Of a stretch of DNA of 17,347 bases, positions 7,402 to 16,106 are shown piece by piece; the first letter of the stretch is position 1, and each line of letters opens with the position of its first letter. Location: positions 1-17,347 of the forward strand of contig JBJMMA010000210.1 of NCBI GenBank assembly GCA_045805065.1. Reading direction: 5' to 3'. The stretch is from Bdellovibrionia bacterium (GTDB taxonomy: Bacteria > Bdellovibrionota > UBA1018). The notes beneath the pieces were generated by a model. The model made no database searches. It had not been told where the DNA came from and saw only the letters and a list, made by a program, of their open reading frames with translations. The translations under genes were made by a program, and so were the position numbers.

Positions 7402-8097
7402 ATGAATTCGAAAACCTATCTTAAACTTTTATTAGCTTCATTTCTTTTAGGGATCGGAATCTCCGTCGTGGGCTGCGGTTCGTCCGGAAGTGGATCGAAC
7501 GCAAACCCTCCAGTAGGAAATATCGGCCCGCAGGCAGTCGTGAACGGACAGACTCCCAATAACTGCGTGACCGGTTACATCACCCAGGCACTTGATGGGA
7601 CATCGGTCTGCCGAGTGACGCTCATCGATCATTTTGATCTTGGCTTAAGTCATGATCAAGTCGTGGCGCGACTGACCCCATCCAGTCCAGCGTCACCTCT
7701 GGCGCCTTCAGTTGCTCTGCCACAGTTGCCGCCAGTGCAGGTGAGTGCAAATGACAAACTGACCCTATTGTCAGTCAGCGGAGGCTGGGGGAACTCGGCT
7801 GTCGAAGGTGGATATTTCACCCGAAGATATCGTTGCGATAAAGTGGCAAACACGATGGGTCGCAGAATCGATGGCTCTGAAGTGAGAAACGAGGAGCTTC
7901 CAAGCGGGCTTTTTCTCTCTAACGGATTGGCTGCCTATGCGGCCTTCGGCCCTGGAGTAATCTACTTTAACGAAGCAGGACCTCTGCACCTGGGCTTTAA
8001 TGCCCCAGCCGGAGAAGGAAGCTGCTTTTCTGTTAAGTTAAGATTCAAATTGGAACGCTGCTTGGATGTTGCCAGCTTGCCTCATAAATGCAAGTAA
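7402..8097 (+). CDS. Cys-rich hypothetical lipoprotein, possibly with a LecA/PA-IL-like beta-sandwich
   Basis: SD GGAG; signal ending VVGC (lipobox), Gly/Ser linker, six further Cys. Confidence 0.8.
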   Translation: MNSKTYLKLLLASFLLGIGISVVGCGSSGSGSNANPPVGNIGPQAVVNGQTPNNCVTGYITQALDGTSVCRVTLIDHFDLGLSHDQVVARLTPSSPASPLAPSVALPQLPPVQVSANDKLTLLSVSGGWGNSAVEGGYFTRRYRCDKVANTMGRRIDGSEVRNEELPSGLFLSNGLAAYAAFGPGVIYFNEAGPLHLGFNAPAGEGSCFSVKLRFKLERCLDVASLPHKCK

Positions 8098-8103
8098 TGG
8101 CGT

Positions 8104-10548
8104 ATGGCTCGAAAAGACAAATCCCGTAATAATTCCAATAAGGGTTCAAACAGGAATCGTTCATCTGGACCAGCGCGACGCGACGAGCCGCGTTTTGAGT
8201 TCAAAGACCGGACGGGAAAAGTCCACGGCCGTGGAGCAGCGCAGAAACGCGATGCAGCGCCTGAGCAAGCATCCCCACGTTTTTCTCGTTTCGCAGACGA
8301 CAAGCGCCCATCGCAAGACAAGCGCTCGTTCCGAGATGACAGGCGCCCATCACGTGACGAGAGGCGTCCATCACGCGATGAGAGACGGCCATCGCGTGAT
8401 TTTCGCGAATCCAAAAGAGATGAGCGCCCAGGTCGTCGCGCGGCAAAGCATATTTCGCGTGATGTGACGCGCTTAAAGGCAACGGTTGATAAGAACCATA
8501 AGGGCTTTGCGTTTCTCTTGTTTGAGAACCGCGAATATGAAGATTCATTCGTCCCACCGAGAGAAGCTCAACAGCTTTTCCACGGAGATCGCGTTGAGGT
8601 CTCCATCAGTCCGCGCGGTCATGTTGAAGGCATCCAGGTTCTTGAGCATCGTTTCCGCGAGCTCGTAGGAAGATATTCTCCTCACCCTGCCGGAGCCCAT
8701 ATGGGGGGCTGGGTGGTCTATGAAAGAAAGCGCGCTCGTGAGGAAATTTATATTCCAGAGCCAGGCCCTGAGCCAAAGGCAGGTGACTGGTTGCGCGTTC
8801 AACTGGAGTTCCATGAGCAGGGTCAGTTCGCAGTTACTGGTGTGATCAGCAAGGTCTATGGACAAGAGCTTCCACCTTCTGCCGACATTGAAATGGTCGC
8901 TGCCGAATTCAACCTGGTAGAAGAGCATTCAAAAGAATCCGAAGAAGAAGCGCGTTCCAAGACTCTTGAAGTCCCAGGACGTGATCTTGAAGGGCGTGAA
9001 GATCTTCGAACCGTTCCGTTCATCACAATAGACAGTGAGACGGCGCGTGACTTTGACGATGCCATTTACGTTGAGCGTGACAAAGGAGGCTTTATCCTAT
9101 GGGTTGCGATCGCTGACGTCAGCCATTATGTGACTGATGGAAGTGAGCTGGATCGCGGCGCGCGCTCTCGCGGGACCTCGGTATACTTCCCTGAACGCGC
9201 CTTTCACATGCTCCCACGCGCTCTCTCAGAAAATCTCTGTAGCTTGAAGCCTCATGAGCCACGCCTCACGATGGTCGCCAAAATGTTTTACGACCACCAA
9301 GGCAATCGCAAGTCGACGGAGTTGTACGAGGCAGTGATCCACAGCCATCGTCGCGCAACCTACAACCAGATCCAAGCCGAGTGGGAGCAAAACGGAAAGA
9401 ATCCTGATTGGGAATACGCGCCTCATTTCGAGCTCTATCAGGAAATCAGGAAAAAACGCGCAGCCCGCGGGTCCATTGATTTTGATCTTCCAGAAGCTGA
9501 GATGAAAGTTGAGCCCACGGGCGAAGTGATCTCGATTCGCCAGCGCGCACGCCTGGATGCTCACCGCCTGATCGAAGAGTTCATGATCGCTGCCAATGAA
9601 GCAGTGACGGAATGGATGATGAATCTCGGTTGGCCGTTTGTGTACCGGGTGCACGAAGAGCCAGCGATGCAATCGCTTGAGCGTTTTCAGGAGCTTGCCG
9701 CAACCGCAGGAATTGCTTTCTCTCTTGAGGGATCAGCGTCAGATTATCCCAAGATCATGGCTGATGTGGTCCGGCGCCTCGAAGGACATCCTGCTCAAGA
9801 CATGCTCAACATGGCACTTTTGCGCTCGATGAAGCAGGCAGTTTACAGCTCAGTTCATTCCATGCACTTTGGTTTGGCATCGCCTGGCTATACTCACTTC
9901 ACGAGCCCGATTCGTCGCTATCCTGACTTGGTTGTGCATCGCTTGCTGCGCTGGGCGCTGCGGGTGAATAGGAAATTATTGCCGCCTCTGAAGCCAAAAG
10001 AGCGCGAAAACCTCGAACAGGATCTCGTGGACATCACTGAGCACTGCAGTTACCGCGAACGTCTTGCATCCGATGCCGAGCGCGAATCCATCAAGCTTAA
10101 GCAAGTCCGCGCCATGACAAAGCATGTGGGCGATGAGTTTGACGGAAAAATTGTCGGCATGATGGAAGCTGGACTTTTTGTTCAGCTCAATGACCCTTAT
10201 TGCGAAGGCCTCGTCACAGCGGACTCCATGACGGATGACTTCTATCAATTTGACGAAGATCGCATGATGTTCGTGGGCAAACGCAAAAAGCGGATGTTCA
10301 AAACGGGCGATATCATCCGAATCCGAGTTCTTCGCGCTGACATCGATACTCGGAAAATTGACTTTGGCATGACTGAGTTTGAGTCGGTCGAAGCTCCAGG
10401 CTCCAAGCGTGACAAGGTTCGCCCAAGAGACGAAGAGAGCGAAGCCAAGGGACGGGGGCCAAAGCATAAGCGAGGTCGCGGACGCGACCAGGACCGCGAT
10501 CGCAAACCCGGCAAAAAGCGCCGCGTTGACCGCAAAGGCCGCTCCTGA
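8104..10548 (+). CDS. rnr: Ribonuclease R (RNase II/R family 3'-5' exoribonuclease)
   Basis: Cold-shock domain KGFAFL...FHGDRV, catalytic TIDSETARDFDDA, LIEEFMIAANE, HFGLA...YTHFTSPIRRYPDLVVHR, C-terminal S1 domain and basic tail. Confidence 0.95.
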   Translation: MARKDKSRNNSNKGSNRNRSSGPARRDEPRFEFKDRTGKVHGRGAAQKRDAAPEQASPRFSRFADDKRPSQDKRSFRDDRRPSRDERRPSRDERRPSRDFRESKRDERPGRRAAKHISRDVTRLKATVDKNHKGFAFLLFENREYEDSFVPPREAQQLFHGDRVEVSISPRGHVEGIQVLEHRFRELVGRYSPHPAGAHMGGWVVYERKRAREEIYIPEPGPEPKAGDWLRVQLEFHEQGQFAVTGVISKVYGQELPPSADIEMVAAEFNLVEEHSKESEEEARSKTLEVPGRDLEGREDLRTVPFITIDSETARDFDDAIYVERDKGGFILWVAIADVSHYVTDGSELDRGARSRGTSVYFPERAFHMLPRALSENLCSLKPHEPRLTMVAKMFYDHQGNRKSTELYEAVIHSHRRATYNQIQAEWEQNGKNPDWEYAPHFELYQEIRKKRAARGSIDFDLPEAEMKVEPTGEVISIRQRARLDAHRLIEEFMIAANEAVTEWMMNLGWPFVYRVHEEPAMQSLERFQELAATAGIAFSLEGSASDYPKIMADVVRRLEGHPAQDMLNMALLRSMKQAVYSSVHSMHFGLASPGYTHFTSPIRRYPDLVVHRLLRWALRVNRKLLPPLKPKERENLEQDLVDITEHCSYRERLASDAERESIKLKQVRAMTKHVGDEFDGKIVGMMEAGLFVQLNDPYCEGLVTADSMTDDFYQFDEDRMMFVGKRKKRMFKTGDIIRIRVLRADIDTRKIDFGMTEFESVEAPGSKRDKVRPRDEESEAKGRGPKHKRGRGRDQDRDRKPGKKRRVDRKGRS
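8335..8400 (+). repeat. Three 21-nt coding tandem repeats, D(D/E)RRPSR, in the RNase R N-terminus
   Basis: DDRRPSR DERRPSR DERRPSR D, preceded by degenerate DDKRPSQ DKRSFR from 8296. Confidence 0.85.
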
Positions 10549-10565
10549 GATCCTAGTTATATCAG

Positions 10566-12239
10566 ATGAAATGGATCCGTACGGGCAGACAAATCGGCCA
10601 AGCCGTTAAAAACGTGCAGAGGCTCAGACAGATTCTTTCTGTCTTTGCCAAGCATGGCTTTGCCGACATTGTCGAGCGGATGGACCTTGCCAAGTTTCTC
10701 CCATCGCGTGTTTCAGCGAGCTTTGCTGAAAATGCGGAGCTTACGCCGCCGCAAAGACTCCGCATGTCCTTTGAGGAGCTGGGCCCTACGTTCATCAAAT
10801 TTGGCCAGCTTCTCTCCACGCGCTCGGATCTTTTGCCTGACGTTTACATCGAGGAATTCGTCAAGCTTCAGGACAATGTCCAGCCTTTGCCGTTTGAGCT
10901 GGTTCGCACCACCGTTGAAAAAGAACTGGGGCGTAAGCTTGAGGAAGCCTATGCTTCATTCAACCCTGTGCCACTTGCGGCAGCAAGCATTGGACAGGTT
11001 CACGAGGCAGAGCTTCCAGGCGGACTAAAGGTTGTAGTCAAAGTTCAGCGACCTGAGATCGGCAGAATCATCGACACCGATGTTTCGCTTCTCGCTTTTC
11101 TTGCGGGCTTACTGGAAAAATATATTCCTGAGACCCGCATCATCGGTCCAAAGATCGTGGTGAATGAGTTTTTCAGAACTCTTTCTCAGGAACTTGATTT
11201 CAAGGTCGAAGCCAACAACATGTCCAAGATCGCGGAGAACATGGCCGAGATCCAGGACATCGTGATCCCCAGGGTTTACAAAACGCTCAGCACACATCGG
11301 GTTCTGACGCTCGAAAGGCTTGAGGGCATTCGCGTGAACGACGTCCGCGCCCTGGATGCCGCAGGCGTTGATCGAAAGCATGTTGTTCAAGTCGGCGCAA
11401 AAGCCTTCTTCAAGTCAGTCATGATTGATGGCATCTTTCATGGCGATCTTCACGGCGGAAATCTTTTCATTTTGCCGGGAAACAGACTTGGCATCATTGA
11501 TTTTGGAATTGTGGGAAGGCTCTCCGAGAAGTCGCGCGATCAGCTGGCCAGCATGGTGATGTCGCTGCTCACAGAGGACTATGAAAACCTTTGTTACGAG
11601 TATGCGGAGCTCGGTGGTGCAGGCGCTTCGATTGACTTTGATGGCTTTCAGCGTGAGGTGCGCAATACTTTGTCACCTTATATGGGTTTGTCCTTGGCGG
11701 AGCTCAATTTGGGGCGCGTCCTGATTGAGGCAACCAAGATCGCAACCCGATACGATGTGAAAGTTCCCGGCGATTGGATGATCGTATTCAAGGCGATTTT
11801 GACCATCGAGGGAATGGGCCGAACGCTGGATCCAAGCTTTGATCTTCTGGCCATGGGCGAAGATCTTGTGAAGGATCTCGTCAAAAAACAATATTCAATG
11901 CAGCGCTTTTCCAAGGAAGCGCTCTTCATCGCAAAAGATGTCGTATCGCTTCTTCAAGTTCTGCCGCGTCAGATTCGCTGGATGCTGCGCAAGTTCAATA
12001 GCAATGACTTTGCATTTGAGATCAAATCCCCGGATTTGCAGGATTTGAGAGTTCAGTTGGATCGCAATTCGCGAAGAATGAGTTACGGCATTGTCGCGGC
12101 GGGGCTCTTTATATCGGCAAGTATTGCGCTACAAAAAGACAGTACCGATACCATCGCGGGCTACCCACTCTTCTTTGTCGTGTTCCTGGCAGTGGCCGCC
12201 GTCATGACGGTAGCCATGCTGTTTCGCTCGTTTAAATAA
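10566..12239 (+). CDS. ubiB: ABC1/AarF/UbiB family atypical protein kinase
   Basis: LGPTFIKFGQLLSTR, AAASIGQVH.A, VKVQRP, ELDF..EA, FHGDLHGGN, DFGIVG and two C-terminal TM helices. Family-level symbol only. Confidence 0.92.
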   Translation: MKWIRTGRQIGQAVKNVQRLRQILSVFAKHGFADIVERMDLAKFLPSRVSASFAENAELTPPQRLRMSFEELGPTFIKFGQLLSTRSDLLPDVYIEEFVKLQDNVQPLPFELVRTTVEKELGRKLEEAYASFNPVPLAAASIGQVHEAELPGGLKVVVKVQRPEIGRIIDTDVSLLAFLAGLLEKYIPETRIIGPKIVVNEFFRTLSQELDFKVEANNMSKIAENMAEIQDIVIPRVYKTLSTHRVLTLERLEGIRVNDVRALDAAGVDRKHVVQVGAKAFFKSVMIDGIFHGDLHGGNLFILPGNRLGIIDFGIVGRLSEKSRDQLASMVMSLLTEDYENLCYEYAELGGAGASIDFDGFQREVRNTLSPYMGLSLAELNLGRVLIEATKIATRYDVKVPGDWMIVFKAILTIEGMGRTLDPSFDLLAMGEDLVKDLVKKQYSMQRFSKEALFIAKDVVSLLQVLPRQIRWMLRKFNSNDFAFEIKSPDLQDLRVQLDRNSRRMSYGIVAAGLFISASIALQKDSTDTIAGYPLFFVVFLAVAAVMTVAMLFRSFK

Positions 12240-12264
12240 ACAGGCCCCTGAAAATACAAGGGCC
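12232..12264 (-). terminator. Probable intrinsic terminator of the minus-strand lipoprotein gene
   Basis: Minus-strand RNA GGCCCUUG-UAUUUU-CAGGGGCC (8 bp including one U-G pair) followed by UGUUUAUUU. Confidence 0.6.
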
Positions 12265-12310
12265 GGGGCGGATCTGATAATTGGGACTAGCCCACAGATC
12301 ACCCCGGCCC
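12260..12310. other. Long imperfect GC-rich hairpin between convergent genes
   Basis: Nested stems GGGCCGGGG/CCCCGGCCC (9 bp), GATCTG/CAGATC (6 bp) and TGGG/CCCA (4 bp). Confidence 0.75.
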
Positions 12311-12341
12311 GATCGCCTGTCAGAACCGCTCAACCGAACCT

Positions 12342-12818
12342 TCAGCCTTTCAGTTCCGTCGGTTCAGGAGCCTTGACGGCGATATCAATTGGTTTCTGAG
12401 TGGTTGCAACTCGGCCGTCGGCATCGCGTGCGATGACGTCTGCCTGATAGCGCATCGTCTGACCGCTCACAGCAAGCTTCTTCAGAGCATCAGCAGGGAT
12501 CGTAGCCTGCCAGGTGCTTCCTGAGAGGTTGTGCATCTTGAGTTCAAGTGGCACATGAATGAAGCGCAATCTCACGTCTTGAACGGGAGAGGTGAAATCC
12601 TTCACGTCAGCATAGACATTGGCTGGCTGGTTTGCGGCCAGGCTTGTATCCAGCTGGATGGTGCTTGGATCGGTCTTGGTCTGCACGACGGTTGGACCGT
12701 TCGAAGCGAGATCCGATCCGGATTTACCACCCTTAATGGTGGAGCACCCGGACGAAGCCATCACCAGGCACAGAGTCATTGGCAACGCAGTTCCGACAAC
12801 ATGAATTAATTTTTTCAT
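12342..12818 (-). CDS. Hypothetical lipoprotein with a single Ig-like beta-sandwich (158 aa)
   Basis: Start reassigned to ATG 12818: MKKLIHVVGTALPMTLCLVMASSGC lipoprotein signal. Beta-strand pattern V.ADV.D...V..V.L.F...M...G.TW.ATIP...Y...V.A.D.DG. Confidence 0.8.
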   Translation of the reverse strand: MKKLIHVVGTALPMTLCLVMASSGCSTIKGGKSGSDLASNGPTVVQTKTDPSTIQLDTSLAANQPANVYADVKDFTSPVQDVRLRFIHVPLELKMHNLSGSTWQATIPADALKKLAVSGQTMRYQADVIARDADGRVATTQKPIDIAVKAPEPTELKG

Positions 12819-12831
12819 GGTATCGTGCAAG

Positions 12832-12847
12832 TGCAATCGGCAGACCA
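12832..12847 (-). promoter_or_regulatory. sigma54-like -24/-12 promoter
   Basis: Minus strand TGGTCTGCCGATTGCA: TGG-N10-GC with TTGCA; ATG at 12818. Confidence 0.55.
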
Positions 12848-12934
12848 CGATCTTTGACATGAGCCACTCTGGCGATTTGCGAAGCCGCTCGCTTGTGGTA
12901 AGTGTGGCGCAATCACTCAAAAAGGAACCACAAT

Positions 12935-14572
12935 ATGTCGATTTTCAGAGTCCCAGCTCCTGTGAATGAACCTGTTCGCGCTTATTCGCCTACCGACTCG
13001 GCAGGCCAAGCGCAGCGCACAAGTCTTAAGGCGAAGCTTGAGAAAATGGCCTCTGAGAAAATAGACATCCCTTGTGTAATTAACGGCAAGGAAGTTCGCA
13101 CGGCTCAAAAACGCAAGGTCGTCATGCCCCACTCGCATCAAGAGACCGTGGGCGAGTTTTATTATGCAGGCGAGACCGAAATGAAGGCCGCGGTGGATGC
13201 GGCACTCAAGGCTAAGCCAGCATGGGAAGCCATGGCATGGCAGGATCGCGCAGCGATTTTCCTTAAAGCCGCAGATCTTCTTACGGGCCCCTACCGCGAT
13301 ATCCTGAACGCCGCGACGATGCTCGGCCAATCCAAGAATGTGTACCAAGCGGAAATCGATTCGGCTTGCGAGCTGATCGACTTCCTCCGCTATAACGCCT
13401 ATTTCTACCAGCAGATCCTGGAAGTTCAGCCAGTCTCCCCTGCAGGCGTGTGGAACCGACTCGACTATCGCCCACTCGATGGCTTTGTCGCCGCAATTAC
13501 TCCGTTTAACTTCACGGCAATTGCCGGAAACCTTCCAGCAACCCCTGCGATGCTTGGAAACACCGTGGTTTGGAAGCCGTCGGATACGCAAATGCTGGCC
13601 GCGCACTACACGATGCAGCTTTTCCGCGAAGCGGGCCTTCCTGATGGCGTGATCAACCTGGTTCCAGCGGATGGTCCAACGTTCGGAAATACCGTTCTTC
13701 CGATGCGTGACCTGGGAGGTGTTCACTTCACGGGATCCACCGTGACGTTCCAAACAATCTGGAAATCCATTGGCGCAAATATTGATCGCTACGCCGCTTA
13801 TCCGCGTCTTGTCGGTGAGACAGGTGGTAAAGACTTTGTCTTTGTTCATCCATCCGCTGATGCTGAAGCTGTAGCCGTTGCACTCGTTCGCGGCGCTTTT
13901 GAATTTCAAGGTCAGAAGTGTTCTGCCGCATCTCGTGCTTACATCCCGCGCAGCCTTTGGAAGAAAATCGAAGAGCGTATGATGGCTGACATCAAGACGC
14001 TTGCGATGGGAGATGTTCGTGATTTCAGAAACTTCGTGAATGCCGTGATCGATGAGCGCGCGTTCAAGAAAATCTCAGGCTATATCGAGCATGCGAAGTC
14101 ATCCTCTGACGCTAAAGTGATTGCTGGCGGAAACGCGGATATGTCAAAGGGCTACTTCATTGAGCCTACCGTCATTCAGGCCTCACAACCTGGTTATAAG
14201 AGCATGGTCGAAGAAATCTTTGGTCCAGTGCTGACGGTCTATGTTTACGAAGACTCCAAGCTCGATGAAACGCTGACGGCTTGCGATCAGGCATCACCTT
14301 ACGCTTTGACGGGAGCAATCTTTGCTCAAGACCGTTACGCGGTTGAGATGATGTCTGCGCGCCTGAGAAACGCTGCCGGTAATTTCTATATCAACGATAA
14401 GCCAACGGGCGCAGTCGTGGGTCAGCAGCCATTCGGCGGAAGCCGCGCTTCTGGAACCAACGATAAGGCAGGAAGCATCCTGAACCTTTATCGCTGGCTC
14501 TCACCGCGTTCAATCAAGGAGACTTTCACGCCTCCTAAGGATTACCGCTATTCTTTCATGTCTGAAAAATAA
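12935..14572 (+). CDS. pruA: L-glutamate gamma-semialdehyde (delta-1-pyrroline-5-carboxylate) dehydrogenase, monofunctional
   Basis: AEIDSACELIDF, PFNFTAI, FTGST, GETGGK, FEFQGQKCSA (catalytic Cys), EEIFGP, QQPFGG.RASGTNDKAGS. SD AAGGA before ATG 12935. Confidence 0.95.
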   Translation: MSIFRVPAPVNEPVRAYSPTDSAGQAQRTSLKAKLEKMASEKIDIPCVINGKEVRTAQKRKVVMPHSHQETVGEFYYAGETEMKAAVDAALKAKPAWEAMAWQDRAAIFLKAADLLTGPYRDILNAATMLGQSKNVYQAEIDSACELIDFLRYNAYFYQQILEVQPVSPAGVWNRLDYRPLDGFVAAITPFNFTAIAGNLPATPAMLGNTVVWKPSDTQMLAAHYTMQLFREAGLPDGVINLVPADGPTFGNTVLPMRDLGGVHFTGSTVTFQTIWKSIGANIDRYAAYPRLVGETGGKDFVFVHPSADAEAVAVALVRGAFEFQGQKCSAASRAYIPRSLWKKIEERMMADIKTLAMGDVRDFRNFVNAVIDERAFKKISGYIEHAKSSSDAKVIAGGNADMSKGYFIEPTVIQASQPGYKSMVEEIFGPVLTVYVYEDSKLDETLTACDQASPYALTGAIFAQDRYAVEMMSARLRNAAGNFYINDKPTGAVVGQQPFGGSRASGTNDKAGSILNLYRWLSPRSIKETFTPPKDYRYSFMSEK

Positions 14573-14577
14573 GTGAC

Positions 14578-15630
14578 TTAGTCTTGGATCTTGGCTTTGC
14601 CCAGGCTGGCCAAGGTCCAGGCAGTCATCTTGTAAAGCATGCGGGCGCCAACGTTTGCGTCCCACTCGCTCTCACCCTTTGGATCGGGAGCAACTTCGTT
14701 CAAATCAAAGCCAATGATCTTGCGTCCGGATTTCGCCAAGACGTTCAAGATGAAGTTGGCTTCCTGGAAATCAAGTCCGCCTGCAACTGGAGTTCCGGTG
14801 TTTGGGCAGAAGCGTGGATCAAGCCCATCGATGTCAAACGAGACCCAAACTTCCTGGGGAAGCTGATCAACAATCTCAAGAGCGGTCGTTGCCCAGTTCG
14901 TTCCTTGGAAACGACGGCGAGCAAGATCACGATCAAAGAAAACGCTCATGCGATCGCCTTGAGCCTTGGTATACTGGATCTCTTCTTCGCACACATCGCG
15001 AATGCCGACTTGAACAAGCTTCTTCACGGCAGGAATGCGGTCCAAAACGTTTCTCATGATCGAGGCATGAGACCATTGGAATCCCTCGTAAGCGTCACGC
15101 GTATCGGAGTGCGCATCAAAGTGAAGAACGCCGAACGATGGATACTTATCAGCAACGGCTTGAAGAGCGCCAAATGGAACAGAGTGATCGCCACCGACAA
15201 CGGCTGCGATCTTTCCCGAATCCAGGATCTTCTTGGTCTCTTGATAAACGTACTGATTGAGCTTTTCGCTGAGCTCATTCACCGTAGCCAGAGACTTGGC
15301 CAAAGAAGCATCGCCTTCGATGTTTCCGCCCACTTCAATGATCTTTGCGGCTTCGGCTTTGCCCTTCTCGTTCCAAGCGCGTACTTCCTTGGACTCAGGG
15401 AGCATGAAAAGGCCTGGCTCATAAGGCTTATTGACGTCGAGGTCAAAAAGGTCGACCTGGCGGCTTGCCGCTAAAATAGCGTCTGGACCATTGGAAGTTC
15501 CACCGCCATAGGACGTGGTCGCTTCCCAAGGTACTGGAAGATAAACGATTGAGGCTTCCTCTTGAGTGTAAGGAAGGCCAAAGATGCCAGAATCACTGGT
15601 CGCCGCTGCGTTTGGATCAAAATGAGTCAT
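14578..15630 (-). CDS. speB: Agmatinase-family ureohydrolase (arginase superfamily)
   Basis: GGDHS, HFDAHSD, SFDIDGLDP, PNTGTPV.GG and NEVAP metal-binding/family motifs. Substrate not proven. Confidence 0.88.
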   Translation of the reverse strand: MTHFDPNAAATSDSGIFGLPYTQEEASIVYLPVPWEATTSYGGGTSNGPDAILAASRQVDLFDLDVNKPYEPGLFMLPESKEVRAWNEKGKAEAAKIIEVGGNIEGDASLAKSLATVNELSEKLNQYVYQETKKILDSGKIAAVVGGDHSVPFGALQAVADKYPSFGVLHFDAHSDTRDAYEGFQWSHASIMRNVLDRIPAVKKLVQVGIRDVCEEEIQYTKAQGDRMSVFFDRDLARRRFQGTNWATTALEIVDQLPQEVWVSFDIDGLDPRFCPNTGTPVAGGLDFQEANFILNVLAKSGRKIIGFDLNEVAPDPKGESEWDANVGARMLYKMTAWTLASLGKAKIQD

Positions 15631-15696
15631 GAACTAGGAGTTGCTTGATTTGACTCTGCTTGTCAACCCCCGGGTGAAAGAGATAGGGTGGGGGCG

Positions 15697-16104
15697 ATGT
15701 TATCTTCACCTAAAAGCACTGATCCACAACGGCCGTCCACTTGGACGAAATACCAAAAGGGCCTCTGTGAAGGCTGTTGGGGAGGCTGTTGCACGCTTCC
15801 AGTTGAAGTCAGCGCCATGGATCTGATCCGACTGGGCGTGATCACGGAAGACGAAGCCTGCGTATCGCTTAAGAAAGTCGCAAAGCGCCTTCAAAAAGAA
15901 GGAATCGTCCAGGCCTTCCAATCGGCCTCGCAGCTCTTTGTTCTTGAGCAGAGGAACGGTCGCGACTGTATTTATCTTCACCCAACAACCCGGCTTTGCA
16001 CGGTTTATGAGAAGCGCCCCGAGGTCTGCCGAAAGTTTCCAAAGATCGGGCCTCGTCCCGGCTGGTGTCCTGCGGCCAAGAAAACCTTGATGGGGAAACG
16101 CTAA
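15697..16104 (+). CDS. YkgJ family cysteine-cluster protein
   Basis: CEGCWGGCC ... CIYL.....LCTVYEKRPEVCRKFP motif. Start ATG 15697 or GTG 15688. Confidence 0.9.
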   Translation: MLSSPKSTDPQRPSTWTKYQKGLCEGCWGGCCTLPVEVSAMDLIRLGVITEDEACVSLKKVAKRLQKEGIVQAFQSASQLFVLEQRNGRDCIYLHPTTRLCTVYEKRPEVCRKFPKIGPRPGWCPAAKKTLMGKR

Positions 16105-16106
16105 CA

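Noticed and set aside
8082..8414. Minus-strand ORF with RDGRLSS repeats
   Set aside because: It is the reverse complement of the DERRPSR repeat in rnr.
12819..12934. ORF-track N-terminal extensions of the lipoprotein (to 12920) and pruA (from 12902)
   Set aside because: They overlap head-to-head; the signal peptide and SD support starts at 12818 and 12935.
12917..13909. 330-aa antisense ORF opposite pruA
   Set aside because: Codon-aligned antisense shadow of a well-conserved gene, with no recognisable motifs.
14584..15474. 296-aa plus-strand ORF opposite the ureohydrolase
   Set aside because: Antisense shadow with a TTG start and no family features.
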